A DNA stretch of 64,000 nucleotides from Hemiscyllium ocellatum (Eukaryota), in assembly GCF_020745735.1 (NCBI RefSeq), contig NW_026867509.1, forward strand, positions 2,270,537-2,334,536, in the 5' to 3' direction. The notes under the pieces are model-generated. The model was not told the origin of the DNA, searched no databases, and saw only the letters and a program-made list of their open reading frames with translations. A program made the position numbers and the translations under genes. Shown here piece by piece: positions 51,601-63,115 of the stretch; position 1 is the stretch's first letter, and each line of letters starts with the position of its first letter.

Positions 51601-53827
51601 CCAGTTCAAATCAGAAATCCAAAACCGAAGCTGTTCAACTCGTGATAAGAACGCCGTCTAAACCGTCCAAATACCGACGAAGAGTCCCCAGATCTATTAC
51701 TACACGGGATAAATTCACTCTGTTAATTTTAACGAGCAACACAGAAACAGAGTAATCTCTTGCAGTCATCTGCAAAAATTCGATAGACCAAGAGCTCGCT
51801 AATGTAAAATGTAACACCTTTATTTATTAAAGTATAACAGAGAATAATTTACTAATAACTGTTTACAGCTCCTATGTTTACTTTAACTTGTTTAATACTG
51901 GTCCGATAAAACTCAAATTCAGATTTACCAAAATTCAAATTCCAATATCAGGCAGCTGTCCAATCTTCCCTTGATATCATTCTCTGTAGTTATTTTTCTC
52001 CTTAGGATTTCTTTTCCACAAGTGGTTGATCAATAACTGTACCTGTAAGAGGCTTATTCTGCGGGCAGTCTATATATGCTGTTCGCTTAGCAGTTCCCTC
52101 TCACCTGTTCATGTTTTCCTGGCCTTATACCCCAAAGTATCGTATTGTGTCATTCGTTTTTAACATTGTCAATATATTAAATTTAAACTTGCTTGGAGAT
52201 TGGTATTTGTTGTGGGGTATAATTTAAACTGATTGGCCCAAATTAAACATGTTTTTGTTTCCTGGCAACCAGCACCTCTTGCTGCTGGAGCAAAACGTTA
52301 CATTTTACCTTATTCAGAACACTCAGTACTGTCAGGTAGTTCTGTTCGTTTTTAACTTTCGGAAAGGTACAGTATACTTCTACACCTTCATAGCACTTTT
52401 CATCTCCATTGCGTTAAATTGGTTTTTCTAAGTCGTAACTTCTGACGTTTATATTTTCTCTCCTTTTCTCTTTCTTTCCTCTCCTTTTCTCTCTGCCATT
52501 CTTCTTTGTCTCTCTTTGTCTCTTTCTTCTCACTCTCTTTGCTCAGCTACCAATCTTCTCTCTGTTACTTTTCCTCCCTCTCTTTTTTTTTCCTCTCTCG
52601 CTTCTCTCTGTTACTATTCCTCTCTCCCTTACTTTTTGTCCTCTTCCTCTTTGTTTGTCTTCTAGCTCATTTTCCCTCGATAGTTATGTAAGTTTTTCTA
52701 ACTCTGCTGCACTTGTCTTTTTCTCTGACAAACCTAAGCACTTGAGCAACTCTCTCACAATTTGTCTTTTTCTTTCATCCTTGGTTAAACCCAATTCAAA
52801 ACTCTTTGTTCATTCTAAAACCATGGTACCTTCCTGTTCTTCTGAAGTTTCTTGGCAAATTTGGAATTCAACAAACCTCAGAATTCCGTCAGCAATTTTA
52901 AGAGACGTTTCTCTTACTTTGCATTTGCCCAACAACAAGTTACAAATTGTCACATCTACAGTTTTTGTCAAAGATCTAGGACACTGATCAGCAAGCGTTG
53001 AAATCTGATGGAATCGTTCACACCACAAGTGCGTTCAAATCTGTCCAAATCTCAGTCTGGATCTATCTAAACCTGCCCAAATCCTAGACCCGAGCGAACA
53101 AACACGGTGCTGAAACCTTATGGTAAGTAAACCAAACATCACAAAAAAAACCTTGCATCATAGTCTATGACAATATGAATGACAGACAACTCCTAACTCC
53201 TACTACTTATATAGAAAAAAAAAACTCTCATAGTAAACATGAAACAACAATCATTTACAACTCTCAGCCTCCTTTCTCGTAAACGTTTCTTATCCACCTC
53301 CCAGTCTACAACACATTTGCTCCAATGTAAGCGCCCATGAAAATTACATAAATTTAGTTTTCAAAACTAGGAAGCGGCCGTCATCTCTGGTATCCTCCTT
53401 CCTCAGGCTGTCGCTATCGTGGATGGTCTTCAGACTTTTGCTGAAAAGGAATTTCATATGAAAAAGGGACCTTTGGTAGAGAGTGTATTGAATGGCAGTC
53501 TCTCTGTAGATGGCAGTTTACACTCTCTACGTGGCTAAGTCCCAAAATGCCTGCTTTTTTATCCCTTCAACAACAGATGTGTCATTGGTTCGATTTTGTT
53601 GAAAACAATATAATCACATTGGATTGGGATTTCGTATGTTGGCGCATAATTTGAACTGAATGATTAAATTCGAACGGTTGTGAAAAAAACTGAATGTCAC
53701 ATATTTTCAATTTTCAAATATACTCTGAAACTGCTAGTCAGTCACATGACAAGTATGTCATGCTTTCAGTGCAAAACAGCTTTCAGTCTCTCTTAAAGGT
53801 ACAGTATACGCCTTCAATTCCATAACA
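45690..53827 (-). mobile_element. Gypsy/Gmr1-type LTR retrotransposon complex (two related elements, nested or tandem)
   Basis: Diverged LTR pair ~53110-53827 and ~45690-46353 with a PPT at 46354-46363. Second LTR ~51790-52395 with a degenerate tRNA-Pro-like PBS (~51675-51689). gag (EEFKNSLP), protease (LRDT), integrase (YGLPRMIQSEQRSN, ~48.4-48.9 kb), then RT (GLKNATATFQ..HLDDL, ~47.0-47.4 kb). Confidence 0.85.
50415..50723 (+). mobile_element. HE1-type SINE inserted in the Gypsy gag
   Basis: GGCACGGTGGCTCAGTG head, HE1 body, AATCT tail. Confidence 0.9.
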
Positions 53828-55159
53828 GTGAACAAGTAGAATGCGGCTGTCTTTACCAGAAGGAGCACGAATGAATAACAAAGATGTACTTAACAGAACA
53901 CCAAGATAAACGTGAGTGAGAAAGGAATGGAAAGATTTTCAGATCGAATGAAAGGATGAAATGTGCAGAATGCTTTCGTTATTGAGGGCAGCTTATAACA
54001 GCGGTCAGACACAGACATTTCAGTCCATTCCTGTGAGAGAATTGCTGTGTGAGTGATTCACGGTAACTGAACAGCGGACTGATGCCACAACAACGTTAGC
54101 CATTACACATCAATTTCCCAGACAGACTCTGTCAATGACCAAAATTGAATTTAAAACTCATTTAAGCTTTATTCCATCATCAGAAAAAAAATGTTGCCAT
54201 GGTGCTGAGTATATTTGCGACCTACGTTGATAGATTAGTGCTCCTTAAAGGACAGAGATGATTAGGTGATTCAGCAAGACAACGTGGATCAATTCAGATG
54301 CGCCAATTAGCTTCTTACAGCCTCCATTCTGCGTTCACGTGGCGAGCACTTTGATATCATGGATTGAAGACAAGGGAGGTGTAAAGCGATTGAGTGATCC
54401 TTGATGACACCAGCAGAATTGAATTAATTTGCATGGAGTTCAGATGCGACATGCTTTTGAACTCAGCTGAAACAATTCAGTTTTAATCCCTTTTGATCAG
54501 ACCCAAACATGCTGGCTCTTCCTATTTGCTCATTCTTAAAAGGCACAATTTGTTAAGAGGTAAGTTGTTGTGCTGTGAATTGATCACTTTTGGGTAACAT
54601 GTCTGCAGTATTTTTCATGTAGTTGTGTTTATCTGTAATAAAATATATGCTTTAATTTGAAACATTGATTAAAATCATCATTTTATTATGATTTACTTTC
54701 TATATATCTGTAGCTGTTAAATCTGCAAATCCTATTCCACAGAAGCCAGTTACAGTGACACAATATGAAGGAAATTTCACGATTATTCTTTTCCACTATT
54801 CAGTATGTACGATCTGAATATTGCAATTTTACCTTCAGGGATCCGGTAAATCTCTGATATTCTTAATCTACATTCCAAATTGTTGAAATGTCGTCAAAGC
54901 AAATATCGTGTGCTCCGGACTTCCTGCATCTCTGGACACTTCACAAATGAAGGGAATTTCGCCATCGGTGAGCTGCAGCGATCTGACACTGGGGTGCATG
55001 ACTAAGATTCAGAGTGACAGGAAAAAGACAGAGCCTCGGACAAAAAAAAATGAAAATGGCTCTAATTGAACAACGCGAATGGAATAGGCAGTGGGCGATG
55101 CATGAGGAGCACAATGTGCAGAGCATACAGAAATTTCCATATTTCATCTTGAAAAGCAC

Positions 55160-55873
55160 GGAACAACGAGACCTTGAAGTGCAGTTTCATAGCTCCTTGA
55201 AAGTGGAGTCGCAGGTAGATAGGATAGTGAAGAAGGCGTTTGGTATGCTTTCCTTCATTGGTCAGAGTATTGAGTACAGGAGTTGGGAGGTCATGTTGCG
55301 GCTGTACAGGACATTGGTTAGGCTACTGTTGGAATATTGCGTGCAATTCTGGTCTCCTTTGTATCGGAAAGATGTTGTGAAACTTGAAAGGGTTCAGAAA
55401 AGATTTGCCAGCATGTTGCCATGGTTGAAGGATTTGATCTGCAGGGAGAGGTTGTACAGGCTGGGGCTGTTTTCTCTGGAACAACAGAGGCTGAGGGTGA
55501 CCTTATAGAGGTTGACAAAATTATGCCCGGCATGGATAGGATAAATAGACAAAGTCTTTTCCCTGGATTCAGGGAGTCCAGAATTCGAGGGCATAGGTTT
55601 AGGGTGAGGGGGAAAGATATAAAAGGGATCTAAGGGGCAACATTTTCACGCAGAGGGTGTACGTGTATGGAATGAGCTGCCAGAGGATGTCGTGGAGGCT
55701 GATACAATTGCAACATTTAAGAGGCATTTGGATGGGTATATGAATAGGAAGGGTTTGGATGGATATGTGCTGGGTGTGGCAGGTGGGACTAGATTGGTTT
55801 GGGATATCTGGTCGGCATGGACAGGTTGAACCGGAGGGTCTGTTTCCAAGTTGTACATCTCTATGACTCTATG
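55160..55873 (+). mobile_element. CR1/HER1 3' fragment
   Basis: RDLEVQFHSSLKVESQVDRIVKKAFGML..YRTLVRLLLEYCVQFWSP. Confidence 0.92.
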
Positions 55874-56753
55874 TCCAATATTTAACGATGGACAATTATG
55901 AGTGTAGTATTGGAGGAAAGTTTCCTCTGCCCCATTTATGAAAGATGTTCTCTGTACATCATTCGAAAAGTGATGAATGAATTTCTGGCTTTTTATGTAT
56001 TAACAATTTTGCAATATATTAGCTTCCGAAAGTCTGTGTTCATCCTTGGTGCACTCTGATGAGTAGAAAAAAATGTACACATGGATATGTTGTCATTAAC
56101 TGTCCTGGAGAAACTTTGAGCGCGCACTACATGAAGCAACAAGTTGATCTCTACCTGACCTGAGACACAGCTTAATATCTAACTGAGCTGACCCAGAGCT
56201 TGATGTCTTACTGATGTGGAATATCACTACTTCGAACAGAGTTTACAGACAGCTTGGACGGTTACTGACCAGAAAGGAATAGTTTCAGTGAAAGACTGCA
56301 ATTGTTGGAGTGAGATTGACAGGTTCGTTTTCACTCACCGTCACTAGACAGTCTCAGTTTGCAGTTGAGTGAGTTCTGAGAAACGTCAAAGTGGTACATA
56401 TCAAGGAGAGATTTTCATTGAGCACTCCGTATTAGCAGCATCCAAACAAAGATTGGGAAAGTCAACAATGCACTGGAGAAACAGAACACAGAATATGCAT
56501 TTGAAGGGACAACAAATGCATTCACCATGTTTCTACAAATAATTCCTCATTGTGGAGTTAACTTAACTCTGGAATTTCACTCGAGTATTCAGAGTGATAA
56601 TGGGAACAGTCATGTAGAGACATTGTCCATAAACGTTTAGTTTCTTCAGTGATGGTTATCTGTGTACATCCCCCAATCCCACCAGCGCACCACAGATTGT
56701 TTTTTTTTTAGCCGTTCCCCTTCCTTTAAGGCTCCAAGGCTTTTAAAACTACA

Positions 56754-56792
56754 AGTTTTTGAACCAGGCTTCGTATGATCTACGTCATTGTG
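56754..56792 (-). other. 23-RSS of the 57 kb V
   Basis: CACAATG + 23 nt + TCAAAAACT. Confidence 0.88.
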
Positions 56793-57096
56793 TCTATCAG
56801 TCCGCAGTAATCCACCACACCTACAGAGAGCCGAAGATCAGGAATAGTAAAATTCCCCTTCCTTTTCACACGGTCACAATCAGCAGCAAATCGAGTCCCC
56901 ACACCCTTAGCTCTGATAGCATCGCCATAATTAGAGAAGTAGATCAAGAGTTTCAGGGTTTTCTTGCAAACCTGACGCAATAGTTGCAAAGAACATGTAG
57001 TAGCAGTGGTTCAAAAACTGCACCTATTGGTCACCGTATCACCAAACATCATCACTGAAACTGGCTCCTGGGAGATCGAGTCTGCACCAGCAATAC
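56793..57096 (-). pseudogene. TCR Vdelta-like pseudogene with CDR1 Cys (supporting-V-like)
   Basis: GIAGADSISQEPVSVMMFGDTVTNRCSF*TTATTCSLQLLRQ..LLIYFSNYGDAIRAKGVGTRFAADCDRVKRKGNFTIPDLRLSVGVVDYCGLI. One stop, Trp lost, good RSS; no recognisable hydrophobic leader. Confidence 0.85.
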
Positions 57097-57554
57097 CTCC
57101 AGAAATTCGTAAATGTAGAAATTTAATGCTTTTATGAAGCTACAGTATTTAACATCATCTGTGACTGAACCTTTTGAAAAGAAAATACGTGTCAATCATG
57201 CTGGTATATGAACAAGTGTGTACATTTTATGAGAGCTGCAGTAATGACGAATAAATGGAAAGGAACTGACATATTTGCGAGTTCGCACAAAGCAAACTGC
57301 TCTTAACATTCTTTAGCTAAAGAACAGTGTTAATATTCAGTTACCTTGGAGTCTCCGAAGATTGGCTTATTGTTGCCATAGTCAGCAGGTCGCACCTAAC
57401 AGCTCACGGCTCATTGTTTCGACTGACATCAGAGGGACAATTGTGACTGGAACTGGGAACCCACCCAGAAATTAAAGCCTAGTGTTGCCCCTTCAATTCC
57501 GTCAGGTTTCGGGCTCGAAGTCGTAAATTGTTGTTTTGTGTGGCCATAGATTGT

Positions 57555-58142
57555 GCCTTAAGATTATTGACGGTATCCGTGAATATAAACCACCATAATC
57601 GTACTACTAATCGACACTTTGCTTTGTATTAGTTGCATGGAGTTCAATGGTTACTGCACAGATATTTTAAAGGACGTCGTAATAGGTCAATCCAATATGT
57701 TGACATGTTGTCACTGATAAGACCTCTGGAGACACATTTCTTCTTTATCCTTTGCCAAAGAAATAATTGTCAGACACATTGTCTTCTCGCTCATTGGCGA
57801 GAGGTGACTGCTGATGATCGAACCTGAGAGCCACCAGGCCTCAGGCAAGCGGCTGAAAATAAGAGTCCTCCATGGTCACCTCAAGCCAGTGTTTGGGATT
57901 GAACCCACGCTGTTGGCATTGCATTCCTCTGCAAACAAAATCTCCAGCCAAGTATTTAAACTGATTTCCTGGCATAGTGAAAAGGGTTGGCTCATAGGTT
58001 GATGTCTGTGCCAACAACGTCCATTAAAATATCAGTGCAGTGACCATTGAACTCCATCCAACTAATGAAAAGCAAGGTTTAGATTAGTAGTGCGATTATG
58101 GTGGTTCATATTCATGGATACGTCCATAATTTTAAGGCCTCC
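57555..58142. repeat. Local inverted duplication (~105-bp arms 57555-57660 / 58034-58142)
   Basis: GTATCCGTGAATATAAACCACCATAATCGTACTACTAATC...GGAGTTCAATGGTTACTGCAC recurs as its reverse complement. Confidence 0.8.
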
Positions 58143-61100
58143 TACTTTTATGAAATAAGTGGGGATTAACTGATCAGTGTGATATTAATGATGGTTTACG
58201 AGCAGCAGATGTGGAATGATAAACTGTGAAAAATGCTATGTTCTCCCAGATTAAAAAAAACAAATGTTAATATTCATAATAAATTAATCGTTCATCAGAA
58301 CATTTATAATGAAACATAGCAGGTATTATACTGCAGTCGAATTGATGCTGCTCCTTGGGGAAGCATCTACTGCGATTAGGAGAGTGAAAACTCTTGAATG
58401 TTCGTTGGTACAACGTACAGGAAAACAGTTTTTTTCTGGCGAGTACGTTCCGACATAGAATACGCAACTAAAATTATCGCTATAGATGTAGCAATTTCTT
58501 TATTTGCATTTTCCTGTTGTGTGACAAAAGATGCATCATGAATATTACTGGAGAGAATAAAAGAGCGTTAACAGTTCGAATCAAATTAGTTCTCTTGTCA
58601 TAGATGTTGCCAGACCTGCTGAGTTTTCCCACATTTTCTGTTTTTGGGTCTGAACTGCAACACATGCAGTCTTTGATTGGATATTTAGTTTAATTGGGAT
58701 TCAATCCGATGTACAATCAAAAAAAAATGTTCACGGAAAGAAGCAGTTATAACTTTACTCAGAGTAATAGGTCAATCGAATGTGTTTACATGTTATCAAT
58801 GACACGACCGCTGGAGACACATTTCTTCGTTATCCTTTTCCAAAGAAATAATTGCCATGAGTACCTGTTGGATTATTGTTGGCTTACCACGTAAAAGTAG
58901 CCTTCACTTCTGTTTTCCTTCGAGTATTCCAAATTCCAGGCAGACGGTGAGTATCTTATCTTCCTATGATTGAGTACCTGTTGATTAAATGGTCAGACAT
59001 TAATAGTTCTGCCTACACAAATAACTTACAGGATAATGGATGCATTTGCTTTGTGTTGGCTTGTCGTGAGCATATCAGGTTCTTGCAATTGTCTATTTCA
59101 ACAGAATCAATAAAGAAAGTATGAACCATAATTGATTTCAACAACAGATACCTTGCTGTTATTGAATTTATCTTATCAAGTCATTGGTTTTAAGCACTGA
59201 TATGGTTGACTTTGTTTGAATTGGTGTAGATTATTGGTTAAAGTTTGCTTCTACAAAAGTAATTCGTACTAAATTCTGGAATGCTATGGTAAAGGAACAT
59301 AATCACATTTCCATGCTTCCAAGGAGTCGAGTTGACTAAAGTGCCATCTGTTGGACCATAAGAGTAAATATTTATTTTTACATGTCAGGAGATCCAATCA
59401 AGAAAAGGATGAAGACTCAGGGAGGAACATTAAGTGGAGTCAGCCGACAATAAAGCTGATCGAATTTAGGGAAATAAACAGGGCGAAGGTAAAAGGTAGA
59501 AAATTGGGGAAGGGCAAGGAGGTTGACATCATCACATGAACGGACTTGGATTACCATCCCGTGAGAGAAACACATCCAGCAATATGGAGAAATGGAGACT
59601 AAGAACGCAAGAGAATGAGTTGAAATGTCTCCTGGGAAATCCGAGGAAGAGCCAGAGAAAGGCACAAGGGATATAATTAGGGAAACATTAAATTAAGTAT
59701 CAACCGTCATTGCGGAACATGTAAAAACACAACAAAATGCAATATAACATAGAAGTTGAAATCCTAAAATCAGATAGCCATTGAACTTAAACACTGACTA
59801 TCGCAAAGTGAGCCTGGGTTCACATCAGTTAACTGTGTTAACACTTTAAGTATGATACGGGATCTATTTGTTTTCACCAGACACAGAACTTTCAGAAAGT
59901 CAAATGGATCAATGATGACATCACAAAACTCGTTTTGAAGTAACTGAAATAAGCAAAAAGCGCATGTGTGTGCGTATGTGTGTGTGTTTGTGCGTGTGAG
60001 GATGAATGTCTCTGTGTGAAACGATGTGTGTTCACGATGAATCATTTTACGTTGAAGCACTGCTGTGTTTATGTTAGAATCCTCATGCCAGTCTTTATTT
60101 CAAGGCGAAATTTGTGCTGGCAGAGTTCTCTACCTTGTCTTATAGTCATAAATTGGAATTTTGTGACACTTCAGTAGTTTAATTGTCACTACTTCTGTTC
60201 CAATTCCTGATGATAATTGTTTAGTTTGATTCAATTTCCTATTTTCCCACAATCTGAATCTAAGTCAGGAATAATAACCGACTTTTCCCAGGTTACTTGC
60301 ATATCGCGATATTATTGAATTCCTAGTTATTGACACAGTGAACCCTTAAAAAAAAGACAGAAATTTCTCTTAATTCTCAGATCATCGAAAGAGGGTTTTA
60401 CCTGTTTACATGCATTCTCCTTATTGTTACGATCACTCCAACAATACTTTTTAACGTAAATATGCATGTGGCCGAATCAACGTCAGTTTGAATCCTCTTT
60501 CTTCCATTAATTTATTTTTAACATTGCAGAAAGGCCTGTCGTGCTCCTTCGAATCAATATAAAATCACAGAGATCACCACAAAGTTCACATCTTCACTCA
60601 AAATATGGTGATAGACATTCCAGATTGACATTTTTCCCAAATACTGTGCCATCTCAATGAGGCTGTTTCTATTTGGAGGTTTCCCCAAAGCTGAGTGGGC
60701 TGTTATGACTATATCAACTTTAACTGCTCTCTTGATTTGACGTCTGCATTGATAAATAGTGAATTAGTGGCAGGAAACTGGAGATTGTCAAACTAGAAAA
60801 GCGTGCAAGCGACTTGGCGATAGTAAGCACTGTTGTGCTCGAAGTCAATACCGATAAAATGTGGAGCTGGAAAGTCACAGCAGGTCAGGAACGTTGCCAT
60901 TTATCAAGGGTGTCAGAAACTTTGGATAGAGATAGGAATAGGACTGTACAGAAATGTTCAGACTCAGTATAAACAGCAAGTTACGTTAATAGGTTGTTTC
61001 CAGTTTTTGCTACAGCTGCAGTTTTCTACAGACTTTCCAGATAAACAAGACATTGGTGAAGGTCAGTTCCCCGAATGTTGACTATAAATAGCCGCGATCA

Positions 61101-62938
61101 TATAGTTCAGCAACATTATTTGGCACTACATTGTGAACGTAGACTGAACTAGATATGGTTGGAGAAAGATTGAGTGTGTGAGATGCCTTGGCTACCCTGT
61201 ATAGGGCAAATGGCATGTGTCGGTTTGGACTACCAGAAGCCGCAATGTCAGACCTTAAGCTCAATTCTTCTGCAAGTGGGATCAGTTGTTTTTAACGCAA
61301 CATTGAAACACAAGTGCCGTCCATGGTGTCCCATGTAAAACTCATTTCCAGTTAATAATAATCACTTGGGCTTCGTATTGATCACGAACAAGACATTAGC
61401 CGCATTTTACAGTTTAAAAAAAACTTGTCAGTACTGCTTTGTTATGCACACCAATATTTTGGTTAACTCCCAATCGTAGGTTCATATTTACTTTTGCTGT
61501 CATGAACAGATGTTAATGTGAATATTTTCTAGTTTTTGGTTGTTAGAGTGGTTTTCCATCATGTAAGAAATGACAAAAAATGTCGCATTCATAGTTGAAT
61601 CTTTTCACTTCTCATGCCAACTATTGTTAGAGCCATTTGTTCAAATTGAGATTACAGTACCGCACGAAAGAATGGCTATATCGTAAAATGCTCTTTCTTG
61701 GAATAATATCTCATCTCTCATCTTGTCGTTGTTCCTACTGACACATAATAAAATTGGCAATAATCAGTTGAAGAACTGAATGAATTTATTTGATATGGTA
61801 ACAAATAAATCAACACGTTTTAACAGAAATGTCCATAGGATGAGGATGTCTTTTGTCGCTGCAGGATTGGTTCACACATGACGCTGGACTGACCACAATG
61901 TAATGGATTTTCATCTGCTTTCTGAAATGAAATGGACTCAGTTAAAATTAAATGGGCAACGAACTTTGCTCTTGTCGGTCAATTTAACATCCGATAAGGT
62001 AGCAAACAATCACTTAAATTGAACAAGTCGTCTGCCAACGTTCTCAAAAGAGTTCTGAACGAATTCTTTGCAGTGTGTTGCGTTTAATCAGCAGTGATAT
62101 GTACTCCGTCAGAACGAACTGTTGTTCATTTTATGATGTAATAGTTGAATATTTCGTGTCAGGTTTTAAAATATATTTTTGTTTTTTAACCCTATTCTTC
62201 AACTTCACATTTTGTGTTTTTGGTTTTATTCTTATTGTCATTTATTGCCCTGGAAAATTTTGCATTATTATATGAGAGATAGATTGTTTTCTGGAATGAA
62301 CCTTTTTATAAGCAGAACCATTTTTTTCCAGCATAAAGTACAATGCTGGCAAGGAAAAATGTTTCACACGATTTTCTCTAAAAATACCTTTCGGAGTGGT
62401 GCTCCTTCATCAGGTGGCTATGGAGTAGAAGATAGTAAGACACAGAATTTATAGCAGAAGTTTGCAATGTGATGCAACTGAAAGTACATATTGAAAAATA
62501 CCTGGCTTAGAACAAAAACATTACAGCACAGAAACACGCCCTTCGGCCTACGAAAGCTGCACCGATCCATACACCCTATGTAAACCTTATAAGTAAGCAT
62601 ACCCCTTTGCTTCCGACATATTATTAAGTCCTACACTTTGGGCCAAAGGTTCCTGCTATCCACCTTGTTCAAACCTCTCATGATTTTGTAATCCTCAATC
62701 AGGTCCCCTCTCAACCTCCTTTCCAATGACACCAAGCCAGTCTACTCAAAACTTTCTTATAGCTAGCACCCTCCATAGCAGGCAAAACCTTCGGGAACAT
62801 CTGCACCCTCTTCAAAGCATGCACACCATTTTGGTAATGTGACAACGAGAACCGTACGCAGCATTCGAAATGTTGCCAAACCAAAGTCTAATACGACTAT
62901 CTTCGAGTAAAACGTGAGGTCTGCAGATGCTGGAGATC

Positions 62939-63115
62939 AGAGCTGAAAATGTGTTGCTGGTTAAAGCACAGCAGGTCAGGCAGCATCCAAGGAACAGGAA
63001 ATTCGACGTTTCGGGCCAGAGCCCTTCATCAGCTCTGGCCCAGAACGTCGAATTTCCTGTTCCTTGGATTCTGCCTGACCTGCTGTGCTTTAACCAGCAA
63101 CGCATTTTCAGCTCT
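62939..63115. repeat. Near-perfect 177-bp palindrome derived from a Penelope pLTR
   Basis: 84-bp arms around a 9-nt loop (CCTTCATCA). Confidence 0.92.
63005..63032 (-). ncRNA. Hammerhead-ribozyme-like core (probably lacking stem I)
   Basis: Minus: CUGAUGA-AGGGC-UCUG-GCCC-GAAAC-GUC. Confidence 0.45.

Noticed and set aside
51055-52700. Hydrophobic, low-complexity plus-strand ORFs (F/L/S-rich)
   Set aside because: Antisense of E/K/R-rich Gypsy gag coiled-coil regions, not membrane proteins.
56330-56420. Minus exon end KLRLSSD|GTGAGT, J-like
   Set aside because: No FGxG motif and no RSS.
57345-57385. Minus YGNNKPIFGDSK followed by GTAACT, TRAJ-like
   Set aside because: No 12-RSS upstream, incomplete FGxG and wrong splice phase; more likely a decayed leader or chance.
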